DNA of 64,000 nt from Veillonella parvula (GTDB lineage: Bacteria; Bacillota; Negativicutes; Veillonellales; Veillonellaceae): positions 251,525-315,524 of the forward strand of contig JAGZPX010000002.1 in assembly GCA_018382475.1 (NCBI GenBank), in the 5' to 3' direction. The position numbers and the translations under genes were made by a program. Below the pieces are notes generated by a model that was not told the DNA's origin, searched no databases, and saw only the letters and a list, made by a program, of their open reading frames with translations. Of the stretch, positions 18,594 through 27,754 are shown piece after piece (within the stretch, counting starts at the first letter, position 1; every line of letters starts with the position of its first letter).

Positions 18594-19784
18594 TTAGTTC
18601 AAATGCATAAACCAAACGCCACCGTAAGAGAATGGAAGGAATTTATCATAGAATTCCTTAAGTGTGCCTTCAGGATCTACATCCTTGAATTCCTCAGGAT
18701 AGAATGTTTTAGCTAAGTATTCGAATACTGCAACGTCATATACTTCACGAGGTAAACCATGGTGAGTAGAGAATACGTTTTTAGATTGAACGGCTTTCAA
18801 TTCAGGCCAGCCTTGACGTTCTGTGGTGAAAGCTTTCAACAATTCTTGAGATTTAGCTTCAGTTGTATCAAAACCTAAACGCATAGAAGTCGGTTTCTTA
18901 GGCCAGTAGGAACCGATGATCATGATGATATCTGGGTTTCTTTCTAAAATAAATTCTGGGTTAACAGGGCCTGCTTTTTGAACTACATCTTTGGTAATAA
19001 GATCGCCACCAACTTGCGTTGCTAATGCGCCCCAGGCTACGTTTGCACTATATGCAAAACCTAAACCTTCTGGACCTTCGTTACCTGTTTCAATGTAAAC
19101 AGTTGGTTTTGGTTTATTGATTTTGCTAATGCGATCCATAACTCTTGTTAAACGGTCAGTATAGAACTTGTTGATTTCTGCTGCACGCTCTTCTTTACCC
19201 AATGCTTTACCGATAGCTTCGATAGATTTTTGATGATTTTCAAGCTTTTCCGCATGGTAATCGATATAGATAGTAGGAATGCCAGCTGCATCGATTTTAG
19301 GTTTGTAATCAGCTTCATATTGATCTTTGAAATATAAAGGCATGAAAATAACATCTGGGTTTAAGGAAATTACTTTTTCCACATCAAATGTTTTGTCATT
19401 TACGTTACCAATGAGAGGAATTTTTTCCAACTCTGGCACTTCAGATTTGTAGCGATCCCACATATCTGTACGCAATTTACTCAAATAAGGGTCAATACCA
19501 ACAATAGTCTTAGCCACATCTTTGCCTTGCAACGCAGCCATAGTCAAGAACGCACCACCAGAAGCACTCAATTGAACTACTACGCGTTCTGCTGGCTTTT
19601 TCAACGTAACCTTTTGACCTGTTACGTCTGTAATCTCAATAGATTTACCAGTCTGAGCTGCATCCTTTTTTGCATCCCCAGGGCCACCACATGCAGTCAG
19701 GAGCATGCTAACAATCAGTAGAAAAACTGTGGCTAAATAAGCCATAAATTTCTTTTTCTTAACCATAGAATACCTCGATTCCAA
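18594..19784 (-). CDS. periplasmic substrate-binding lipoprotein of the iron-siderophore/cobalamin (BtuF-like) ABC family, paralog A
   Basis: Lipobox LTACGG. About 75% identical to the next gene. The probable start is the Met at ~19766 (RBS GAGG). Confidence 0.8.
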   Translation of the reverse strand: MESRYSMVKKKKFMAYLATVFLLIVSMLLTACGGPGDAKKDAAQTGKSIEITDVTGQKVTLKKPAERVVVQLSASGGAFLTMAALQGKDVAKTIVGIDPYLSKLRTDMWDRYKSEVPELEKIPLIGNVNDKTFDVEKVISLNPDVIFMPLYFKDQYEADYKPKIDAAGIPTIYIDYHAEKLENHQKSIEAIGKALGKEERAAEINKFYTDRLTRVMDRISKINKPKPTVYIETGNEGPEGLGFAYSANVAWGALATQVGGDLITKDVVQKAGPVNPEFILERNPDIIMIIGSYWPKKPTSMRLGFDTTEAKSQELLKAFTTERQGWPELKAVQSKNVFSTHHGLPREVYDVAVFEYLAKTFYPEEFKDVDPEGTLKEFYDKFLPFSYGGVWFMHLN

Positions 19785-19867
19785 ACTTAATAAGTTCTAA
19801 TAAACACAATATATAACAGCATTTATTTGGGTTTTACATCATCAGCTCCTTCACACACAACACAACC

Positions 19868-21091
19868 CTAATTCATATGCATAAACCAGATGCCACTATA
19901 AGAGAATGGCAAGAATTTGTCATAGAACTCTTTAAGCGTAGCTTCAGGATCTACATCCGCAAACTCTTCAGGATAGAAGGTTTTTGCTAAATATTCGAAT
20001 ACGGCTGCATCAAAGACTTCACGTGGAAGACCGTGGTGCGCAGAGTAAACTTGTTTATTTTCAACAGCTTTTAATTCGCTCCAACCTTGACGTTCTATGG
20101 TGAAAGCTTTCAACAACTCTTGAGACGATGCTTCGGTTGCTTCAAAACCTAAACGCATAGAGGTTGGTTTCTTAGGCCAGTAAGAACCCATGATCATTAT
20201 GATATCTGGATTTTTCTCAAGTATAAACTCTGGATTAATAGGAGACGTTTTCTTAATAACATCCTTGGTGATGACATCAGCACCAGCCATAGTAGCTAAT
20301 GCCCCCCAAGAGTAATTACTACTAAAGGAATTACCAAATTCTTCCGGACCATTCATACCAACTTCAAGATAAACTGTTGGTTTTGGTTTGTTAATTTTAC
20401 TAACACGATCGAGAACTCTTGTCACACGCTCTGTATAGAACTTGTTAATCTCTGCAGCACGTTCTTCTTTACCTAAAGCTTTACCAATAGCTTCAATGGA
20501 TTTTTGATGACTTTCCAGTTTTTCTGCATGGTAATCTATGTAAATAGTCTGAATACCAGCAGCATCCATTTTTGCTTTTGCATCAGACTCGTACTGATCT
20601 TTCAAATCAACAGGGATAAAAATAACATCTGGATTTAATGCCACAACTTGCTCAGCATTAAATGTTTTATCACCGACTGTACCCACTACTGGAATCTTAG
20701 CTAGCTCAGGCATTTCCGTAGTGAAGTGTTTCCACATATCCGCCCTGTAATCCTGCAAAGATGTATCCATACCGGCGATAACCTTTGGCGTATCCTTGCC
20801 CATAAGTGCGGAAATCGTAAAGAATGGACCACCAGCACCACTCCACTGTAAGACAACTCTCTCTGCTGGCTTTTTAAGCGTTACCGTACGTCCTGTTACG
20901 TCTGTGATTTCGATTGGCTTGTTATTTTGCGCCGTATCTTTCTTTGTCTCACTAGGACCTCCACATGCAGCGATGAGCATACTAACAATTAGGAGGAAAA
21001 CCGTGGCTATGTAAGCCATACATTTTCTTTTCTGTTTAACCATGAAATACCTCTCTTCTCTCAAACTAAAACTATCACTATAAGTGCACAT
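19868..21091 (-). CDS. periplasmic substrate-binding lipoprotein (BtuF-like), paralog B
   Basis: Lipobox IAACGG. Tandem paralog of 18594..19784. The probable start is ~21043. Confidence 0.8.
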   Translation of the reverse strand: MCTYSDSFSLREERYFMVKQKRKCMAYIATVFLLIVSMLIAACGGPSETKKDTAQNNKPIEITDVTGRTVTLKKPAERVVLQWSGAGGPFFTISALMGKDTPKVIAGMDTSLQDYRADMWKHFTTEMPELAKIPVVGTVGDKTFNAEQVVALNPDVIFIPVDLKDQYESDAKAKMDAAGIQTIYIDYHAEKLESHQKSIEAIGKALGKEERAAEINKFYTERVTRVLDRVSKINKPKPTVYLEVGMNGPEEFGNSFSSNYSWGALATMAGADVITKDVIKKTSPINPEFILEKNPDIIMIMGSYWPKKPTSMRLGFEATEASSQELLKAFTIERQGWSELKAVENKQVYSAHHGLPREVFDAAVFEYLAKTFYPEEFADVDPEATLKEFYDKFLPFSYSGIWFMHMN

Positions 21092-21094
21092 AAA

Positions 21095-21425
21095 AAGCCC
21101 GTTTCCCCACGAAGAGGAAACGGGCTGTCATCTCAGTTAGACTAACTACCACGCCTAATAAGCTAGCATATAGTATGAGCTTTCAACTATGCATAGCTAG
21201 TATAAATCCATCTATATTAATCCCCATCCCTGTCTCTCGCAGGTCAATTGGCAATTGTTAATTAGGCAGTTCTCCTGGCTCCAGTTCAACGTTACTTTGC
21301 GCCTTCCCAAAAACTTCAGTGACCGAGAGCATTTCACCCTCTATGCAAAGTACCTCGCTGTTACAGTGGCGTGACCGCTTTGGCTTGTACCAAATTCTCT
21401 ATTAAGTCAATAGACACCTAACCCA
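21095..21425 (-). ncRNA. cobalamin (AdoCbl) riboswitch with terminator-type expression platform
   Basis: On the minus strand: AAUAGAGAAUUUGGUACAAGCCAAAGCGGUCACGCCACUGUAACAGCGAGG, then GGUCACUG...GGGAAGGCG, then GGAGCCAGGAGAACUGCC. These match the RF00174 core, B12 box and 3' consensus in the right order. A terminator hairpin (CCCGUUUCCUCUUCGUGGGGAAACGGG plus U-run) lies just upstream of the SBP gene. Confidence 0.75.
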
Positions 21426-21643
21426 ATCATATGTGATTTTTCTCATCGTAGCATGCGGGATATACAGTGTCAATAAACATATAGGGGTACGGCTATAATC
21501 AATATTGGTTATATCACTATTAATGAAAAAAGAAAGCCCGCTATTATGCAAGGCTTTCAGCTTATTTCATTAAAATCCAATCCGAATTGAATATGCTTTA
21601 ATTTCTTTTTATCAATTAATTTATTTAATATTACTAATAGTTA

Positions 21644-22420
21644 TTACTCAGCACCATTGTACTCAAGAACCGGATTTCTATTATAAGATGTTACATCAGT
21701 CCCCAACAACTCATATAATTCTTGTACTGTCATCTTCTTATCTTTTACAGCAAGTAATTCTTCGTTAGTCACACCGATGAACTCTACAAATTCTAATTTG
21801 CCATTAGGAGTATCAAGAGTTTGCAATTTAGCATCAGGAATAGTAATAAAGCCAACAATATTGGAACTATTATTTGAGTCTATGCCCTCTGTTTGCCCAC
21901 TATAAAGATATTCATAAGGTTTAAAAATTTCTCCAGCAGTAAAAGTAAATTTTGCAATTTGTTGTAATACACCACAAACACTTCTGATCTCATCATCGTT
22001 GGCACTTGCTTTATCTAAACGATAAGTAAACTCCATGCCGTAACCACTGATTGTAGGATCTTCGCTATCCTTTTCATACAGCTCGGACAAACCATATGTT
22101 ACAAAGTGCCAATTATCTCCATCATCATACACACTGATACCATCAAGAGGACTATCGCCACCAAGCCGCCAGCTAATCAATGTTCCAAAATGCATAGGAT
22201 CTGTTTGACCAGGATATACACGTTCACATTCTGCAGTAATTGCATCCCACCCAATAGTACAAGGATCCAGTTCATCATCCAATAAATCAGAATTTTGCTC
22301 GACAGACTTTGTAGTATCTACTCTCGTATGAGAATCAAGAGATTCTTTATTAGAAGAAAAAAGATTTTTTAACCAGGAAAACATACTTATAATACCTCCC
22401 ACTCTATACAATAGACACAC
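21644..22420 (-). CDS. SUFU-domain (suppressor-of-fused-like) protein, an immunity-protein-type family
   Basis: WHFVTYGLSELYEKDSEDPTISGYGMEFTYRL matches the SUFU signature block (human SUFU WHYISFGLSDLYG...GFGFELTFRL). The likely start is the Met at ~22384 (RBS GGGAGG). Confidence 0.6.
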   Translation of the reverse strand: MCLLYRVGGIISMFSWLKNLFSSNKESLDSHTRVDTTKSVEQNSDLLDDELDPCTIGWDAITAECERVYPGQTDPMHFGTLISWRLGGDSPLDGISVYDDGDNWHFVTYGLSELYEKDSEDPTISGYGMEFTYRLDKASANDDEIRSVCGVLQQIAKFTFTAGEIFKPYEYLYSGQTEGIDSNNSSNIVGFITIPDAKLQTLDTPNGKLEFVEFIGVTNEELLAVKDKKMTVQELYELLGTDVTSYNRNPVLEYNGAE

Positions 22421-22555
22421 GATGTATTAATTTACTCATTTAAGTATATAATGTTTAAACAACAAAGGCTACACATTGATTAGTAATGTCCCCATTTAAT
22501 TTATAAACTATATCATTAAATCAGCACCTTGATCTTGTGTAGCCTTTGTCTCTAT

Positions 22556-22999
22556 TTACTTTTTCATATATTTAGGTACATTACGATATTGCATTGGCAA
22601 TGAATTGTCTTTGATCTTAAAACCATGTTTCTCATAGAATGGAGCATTCTTGCTTTCACCAATCATAACATTGATGTACAAATACGATTTGTAAGCGTCT
22701 TTCACCATTTCTAGCAAGTGCCCTGCAATACCTCGGCCCCGATAATCAGGATGAACCAGTACATAATTGATGAAACACACGAGTTCGCTATCATCCATGA
22801 CGCGAATAAGACCTATTAAGCGATCTCCATCCCAAGTAGATATCACGCGCGATGAATTCATCAAAGCCTTGTATAATCGGTCAGGATATTTACCTACCAC
22901 CCAACGAACAGATAAAAACAGTTCTGCTACCTGCTGAGGGGTAAAGTTTTTTTCTTCGGTATAGGTAATCGCCCTATCGCCCTTAACGATATTAATCAT
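22556..22999 (-). CDS. GNAT family N-acetyltransferase
   Basis: Acetyl-CoA binding motif RGRGIAGHLL. 147 aa. Confidence 0.8.
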   Translation of the reverse strand: MINIVKGDRAITYTEEKNFTPQQVAELFLSVRWVVGKYPDRLYKALMNSSRVISTWDGDRLIGLIRVMDDSELVCFINYVLVHPDYRGRGIAGHLLEMVKDAYKSYLYINVMIGESKNAPFYEKHGFKIKDNSLPMQYRNVPKYMKK

Positions 23000-23035
23000 G
23001 CTACTGCCTTTTCTAATCCATTTATCAACTATATC

Positions 23036-23866
23036 TTAGGTGTGTGACACAACTTCCTTAGGATTCCACCAAATTATAGCAGACCGCGAGGAAATCAAGC
23101 ATTTATTGTCCTTAGATTTGGCTATGATTTCTTTTTTGATTTGTTCCTCTGCTGCTGGCGTTAAGTCTCCATAGTACTGTTCGTATATGATCTTTCGGCA
23201 CTCGATTTCATCTTTTACAGTACGTTCACATCTATAATCAATGATGCTTACATTGGGTGAGCGCCCTTGTGAAAGTAACATATTATACAGAATTTGAAAC
23301 TCTTGTACATCAGATTTGCTAGCTTCCCGAGGATTCTTCCAATCAGGAATGCCAGCTACGATTGCACAATAGCCTTTAGAATATTGTTCCATTTGTAAAA
23401 GCCGAGGCCACACATCAGGGAACATCCAAAGCACAAGAGATATGGTTACCAGATCAAATCGAAAATCTGGAGAGCCGTCTTGAGGTAAGTCCTGCACCAA
23501 TTCTTCAATGATATTAATGTTCTCAACGTTTAATTCTTTGGCATTTTCTTTAAGGACTGCCACCATGCCCTTTGACGGCTCAATAGCAGTAACAGACTGT
23601 ATGTGCTGTGCAAATGGAATAGTAAAAGACCCAGGGCCTGCACCTATATCTAGCATGGTAGAATCAGGATTTAACACACTACTCAAAGCAGCGTACACCT
23701 TACGACCAAAGTCGTAGTCATTGCTTTTACGCATGAGAGAAAAGTCATTGGCTCGCTTGTCCCAATACTCTAATAATGGATTCGCCCGAATCCCTTTCTC
23801 ACGATCATAATAACTTTGTTTCCACATTTCATTCCAGAACGAAAAATCTGTAACTTGCGGTGCCAT
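23036..23866 (-). CDS. class I SAM-dependent methyltransferase (small-molecule type)
   Basis: Motif I LDIGAGPGSFT. No DNA-MTase DPPY/NPPF motifs. 276 aa. Confidence 0.75.
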   Translation of the reverse strand: MAPQVTDFSFWNEMWKQSYYDREKGIRANPLLEYWDKRANDFSLMRKSNDYDFGRKVYAALSSVLNPDSTMLDIGAGPGSFTIPFAQHIQSVTAIEPSKGMVAVLKENAKELNVENINIIEELVQDLPQDGSPDFRFDLVTISLVLWMFPDVWPRLLQMEQYSKGYCAIVAGIPDWKNPREASKSDVQEFQILYNMLLSQGRSPNVSIIDYRCERTVKDEIECRKIIYEQYYGDLTPAAEEQIKKEIIAKSKDNKCLISSRSAIIWWNPKEVVSHT

Positions 23867-23881
23867 ACGAAACCTCCTGAC

Positions 23882-24184
23882 TTAATCTAAATTCCTCATT
23901 TCTCGGATAAACTCTTCTGCCTCTTGCAGATTCTTAGGGAACTCAAAATAAATACATTGCTCATGTCCACAATAAGGATTACGGAAGTCATAGCCGCTCA
24001 ATAACAAATACTCGATGATTTTCCATTCTTTGTCATTAGATTTTTTAGGAGCCTTGAACTTCTCGTTCACAAAGTACATCTTGCTTTTGCATGTAGGACA
24101 AATTTTGTTTTTATTGAACAGCTCGTAGTTTGTGCCCTCCGACAAGGAGATCCGACAATTTACACATACATTTTTATAGCCCAT
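23882..24184 (-). CDS. small zinc-ribbon protein (CxxC...CxxC), unknown function
   Basis: CVNCRIS...CPTCKS in a 100-aa ORF, 3 bp downstream of the previous gene. AT-rich. Confidence 0.4.
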   Translation of the reverse strand: MGYKNVCVNCRISLSEGTNYELFNKNKICPTCKSKMYFVNEKFKAPKKSNDKEWKIIEYLLLSGYDFRNPYCGHEQCIYFEFPKNLQEAEEFIREMRNLD

Positions 24185-24186
24185 AA

Positions 24187-24522
24187 CTATTTACTCCCAT
24201 ATGGTTTATGTTGAAAGATTTCTTTTACAATCCCTTCACCAACAATATTTCCGCCTTCCATTATAAAGAACTCAGTACCTGCTTGTAGAGCTGAATAATC
24301 TATGGTTTCATATACTGGTAAAGCGTTAGCTTGAATAGGTTTATCAAAGATAACATCTTCACCATCAATAAAATTGATACCAAGATATTCCTCAGTACCT
24401 TTTATAACAAAATGAGGATAGTATATTCCATTATTTAAATTCGGTGGAGTTCTCCTCTTCTTGCTGAAGAAAGTAACAGTACAGCCAATAGTAAAATCTA
24501 AATTACTCATTTCGGGCCTCAT
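24187..24522 (-). CDS. hypothetical protein (has a partial duplicate at 25200-25451)
   Basis: ORF of 111 aa. Its 5' end and ~50 bp of upstream sequence are repeated almost exactly at 25400-25490. Confidence 0.45.
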   Translation of the reverse strand: MRPEMSNLDFTIGCTVTFFSKKRRTPPNLNNGIYYPHFVIKGTEEYLGINFIDGEDVIFDKPIQANALPVYETIDYSALQAGTEFFIMEGGNIVGEGIVKEIFQHKPYGSK

Positions 24523-24652
24523 TCAACTACATATACCATATCACCTTTATAGTATATCCGAGGAAAAACTAAATTGCTCTATGTTAAGATTATCTAATCA
24601 ATCTAGAACCTTTTTAAAAATTTTCTTATCTTCTAAAACTATATTATATATT

Positions 24653-25162
24653 TTAACCAAAAAGACTTTTATAAAGCCCTTTAATTTCTCGTGCGTATTT
24701 CACTGCACCAGGAAGATGCATTCGTTTATAGTAATCTCCTAATATTTCTGTATGATTTTTCAAAATATCAAATTCAATCATATACATAGCAATACTCGTT
24801 ATAGAATATTTTCCTATCTCAAGTATAGTTGATTTATCTTCTATATCTAATTCCTCGCCTTTTGGAAATTCACCATCAGAATATTCTTCCCAAGTTTCAT
24901 CACTGTATTGCCAAAAGGCTTTACTCCAAAGAATCAGTTCTTTACGATTATATTCTATTAATTGCTCGAAAAACTGCACTAACTCTTTCTCAGAATATAA
25001 CTTGCAATTAAACCCTTCTAATAAGAATTGCCTTTGATTCAATCGATTTCTTAGTTCTTGAATTTCTATACTTTGTAGTTCTTTATTAAAGTTATCAGGT
25101 CCTAATTCCTCTATAATATCTAAATATATATGGCTATCTAAAAATTCTTTTAAAGTTTCCAT
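24653..25162 (-). CDS. hypothetical protein
   Basis: ORF of 169 aa, acidic, no recognisable motifs. Confidence 0.4.
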   Translation of the reverse strand: METLKEFLDSHIYLDIIEELGPDNFNKELQSIEIQELRNRLNQRQFLLEGFNCKLYSEKELVQFFEQLIEYNRKELILWSKAFWQYSDETWEEYSDGEFPKGEELDIEDKSTILEIGKYSITSIAMYMIEFDILKNHTEILGDYYKRMHLPGAVKYAREIKGLYKSLFG

Positions 25163-25199
25163 ATTCTTACGTCCTTACAGAATTAACACCTTCCATAAT

Positions 25200-25451
25200 A
25201 AAGAACTCCGTACCTGCTTTTAGAACAAAATAATTTACAATTTCAAAAACTAACAACATATTACCTCATATTTGTTTATCAAAGATGACATCTTTACTAC
25301 CATAAGGTTTATACCAAGACTCAGTACCTTTTATAATGATATGAGGATAGTACATTCCATAATTTAAATTCGGTAGACTTGTTCTCTTCTTGCTGAAGAA
25401 TGTAACTATGCAGCTAATAGTAAAATCTAAATTGCTCATCTCAGGCCTCAT
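25200..25451 (-). pseudogene. truncated, rearranged duplicate of the 24187..24522 gene
   Basis: The first ~45 codons are near-identical (MRPEMSNLDFTI(G/S)C(T/I)VTFFSKKR...). It then jumps to the paralog's C-terminal KPYGSK and an internal DVIFDK, and stops. Flanking DNA 25200-25260 retains homology to 24253-24310. Confidence 0.5.
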
Positions 25452-25858
25452 TCAACTACATATACCATATCGCCTTTAAAGTATATGTTCATTATACAGT
25501 GTACTGGATTCCCTTCGGTCCATAGCCAGCCCTGGAATACAGCGTTTCCCCAATTATAGGTCTCCGTAATGACCTCGAATTCACTTTCACTATAATCCTG
25601 TTGATACTGAGGCAACTCAATTCTTTTACCTGTGAAAGTATCTAGTATTGTATTATTAAATACTAAGATTTCAAAAAAATCTATATCGCACGTCTCAAAT
25701 ACAACTTGAGCCTTATGAGTTTGTTCAACACCATTCTCATAAGAGAAAATGTAATCAAAAGTAAAGATCAAATTATCATCTGCGTATTCTATTTTCTGTA
25801 CCCTTGCATCATGGAGAGAATATTTGGAATACTCGCCAAAAGATTTTATTGTTTTCAT
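25448..25858 (-). CDS. hypothetical protein
   Basis: ORF of 136 aa, no recognised motifs. It overlaps the truncated duplicate by 4 nt. Confidence 0.4.
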   Translation of the reverse strand: MKTIKSFGEYSKYSLHDARVQKIEYADDNLIFTFDYIFSYENGVEQTHKAQVVFETCDIDFFEILVFNNTILDTFTGKRIELPQYQQDYSESEFEVITETYNWGNAVFQGWLWTEGNPVHCIMNIYFKGDMVYVVE

Positions 25859-26097
25859 AGAACCTCGTTACATAATTAACAATACTATAATCTAAAATTC
25901 AATTAATTTGAGCCTATTTTATTAATTCTTTTCATCTAATATTGTATCATGTAATGCATAACACTTAATCTTATATAATAATTGGGATGGTGTATATAAC
26001 ACTATCCCAATACATGCACTTTAATTGTTTAATAAAGTTATATTTTAAGATTATTCTCAATATCAGATAAATTCCCCGAGTTATGTAAGCATATAAT

Positions 26098-27666
26098 TTA
26101 ATTAGAACGATTTTTATTCCATCCAGTTTTTATCTGTGAATCAATGAAGCTTACATCTGCCATCTTCATTTTTTTCCAGTCTCCAGCTAAATTACCATAA
26201 GTCAAAACTTCATAACAAAATAACCAATAACGATCCATATCAGTCTTTTTCAACTTTCTTGCAAGCTCGTTAAATGGTTTTACTTGAGTTGCATCTCGTT
26301 TTCCTCTATTAATTTTCATAAAGTAAATCCAACTCATAACTAATAGCAAACAATCTTTACTATTAAAAACATAATCTTTCACACTAGACCAATCATTATC
26401 AAATGCGTCTAGTTCAAAATCAAATTTTATTGCAAAATAAATAGCATAACACAAGCTTTCATAATCATTTATTTTCACTGCATCCTGATATATAGCATCT
26501 GAAAATCTTTTAATTTCTTCTTTATCTACCTTATATGGTTCAAATACAAATTCTTCCATTAAAGGAAGTAAATATGGATAAAGGATCGCTAAATGCATAA
26601 ATCTTTTTGTAGCTAATAGCTTTCCATTTTTTGATTTATTTAACCCCCTTAATGTTTTAATAGCATAATTTATAATCGCACAATCACCACTTTCCACTGC
26701 AAGTTTTAAAGCTGTATCTATAAATGTATTAACCTGAGTATATTTTAATATTCCTGAATTACTGCCTCCGATTAGCCCTTTAAGAGTATGCTTCCAAGTC
26801 TTATCTACACCAATTGGTAGCTCAACTACTTTTGTTTTCTTATGATTGAGGTGTAAGTCAAATTCATATAATGCTTCCTCAAGATCAACAATAAAACGTT
26901 GTGCATCCTTGTGACTTTTAACATAGCAATCATAATCATCTATAGCCCTAACATAACGATAACCTTTCTCATATAGTTTCCTATCAACAACCGTTAAAAT
27001 AATTTCTGAAAGTATATTGGAAGAATGAGGCCCGATAAGAATTCCATGTGTTTCACCATGATGCATATCGGAACATGCACTATCAATTTCGTTATACCAG
27101 GCACTGCTATCCTTATGATTTTTTTTAGCCGTTTCTTTTCCCACTAATGCCCAAGGTATTGAGTGACTATAAATACTTGGAAAGCATGTAGATATATCTG
27201 CTTTAACTAAATACCTACTAGCACCATCTTCATGAAATAGTAAGTCCAACTCTGGATTACCATCAGTACGCCAGTCTTTATAATTCATTTCAAAGATTCG
27301 ACGCTTTCCAGATTCTTTTCGAATATGAATACGACTAATACGATGTTTCTGATTAGCAGTTTGAGTATGAAAGTGTTGTTTTATCTTAGCCCAGTTTGAC
27401 TTTAGCTCTAAGCATAACAATTGATACTTGAATGGGTTAGGGATTCCCATAATACGTGGTGTACCTATATTTCGCATTACTCGAAAGCTTATATACTCAT
27501 TCCATCCTGAGGAAAATGAGGTTTCTAAACCTTTACAATACTCAAAAAATGGAACAGCAGTAAATACAGGAGGTAGTTTTTCTGCAAAAAAACCATATGC
27601 AAGAAGCCCTTCATATAATTCATCTTCAGATATTTCATCCATAAAATCTGTATATTTTTTAGACAT
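26098..27666 (-). CDS. defence-associated reverse transcriptase (Abi/UG class; family unresolved)
   Basis: RT motif A YLVKADISTCFPSIY, motif B HGILIGPHSSNILSEIIL, motif C YVRAIDDYD, motif D/E FDLHLNHKKTKVV. Followed by a ~200-aa helical C-terminal domain. 522 aa. Confidence 0.75.
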   Translation of the reverse strand: MSKKYTDFMDEISEDELYEGLLAYGFFAEKLPPVFTAVPFFEYCKGLETSFSSGWNEYISFRVMRNIGTPRIMGIPNPFKYQLLCLELKSNWAKIKQHFHTQTANQKHRISRIHIRKESGKRRIFEMNYKDWRTDGNPELDLLFHEDGASRYLVKADISTCFPSIYSHSIPWALVGKETAKKNHKDSSAWYNEIDSACSDMHHGETHGILIGPHSSNILSEIILTVVDRKLYEKGYRYVRAIDDYDCYVKSHKDAQRFIVDLEEALYEFDLHLNHKKTKVVELPIGVDKTWKHTLKGLIGGSNSGILKYTQVNTFIDTALKLAVESGDCAIINYAIKTLRGLNKSKNGKLLATKRFMHLAILYPYLLPLMEEFVFEPYKVDKEEIKRFSDAIYQDAVKINDYESLCYAIYFAIKFDFELDAFDNDWSSVKDYVFNSKDCLLLVMSWIYFMKINRGKRDATQVKPFNELARKLKKTDMDRYWLFCYEVLTYGNLAGDWKKMKMADVSFIDSQIKTGWNKNRSN

Positions 27667-27754
27667 TTTAGTTTTACTCCCTAATTCTTATAATTCACCC
27701 CATAAAAACAAAAATATTATATGAAATTATATAATGAATTTTATCTTTATCAAT

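Noticed and set aside
21100-21640. Possible small protein gene or prophage att site in the 550-bp gap before the SBP genes
   Set aside because: The gap is explained by the cobalamin riboswitch plus its terminator. No integrase or direct repeats were found.
23036-23866. Methyltransferase as the modification half of an R-M system
   Set aside because: It has small-molecule class I MTase motifs only, lacks DNA-MTase catalytic motifs (DPPY/NPPF/PCQ), and has no adjacent endonuclease.
26098-27666. RT as a group II intron or retron
   Set aside because: It has no intron RNA domains, no maturase/En domains, and no flanking msr/msd-like inverted repeats. The protein is too long for a retron RT and has an Abi-like helical C-terminus.
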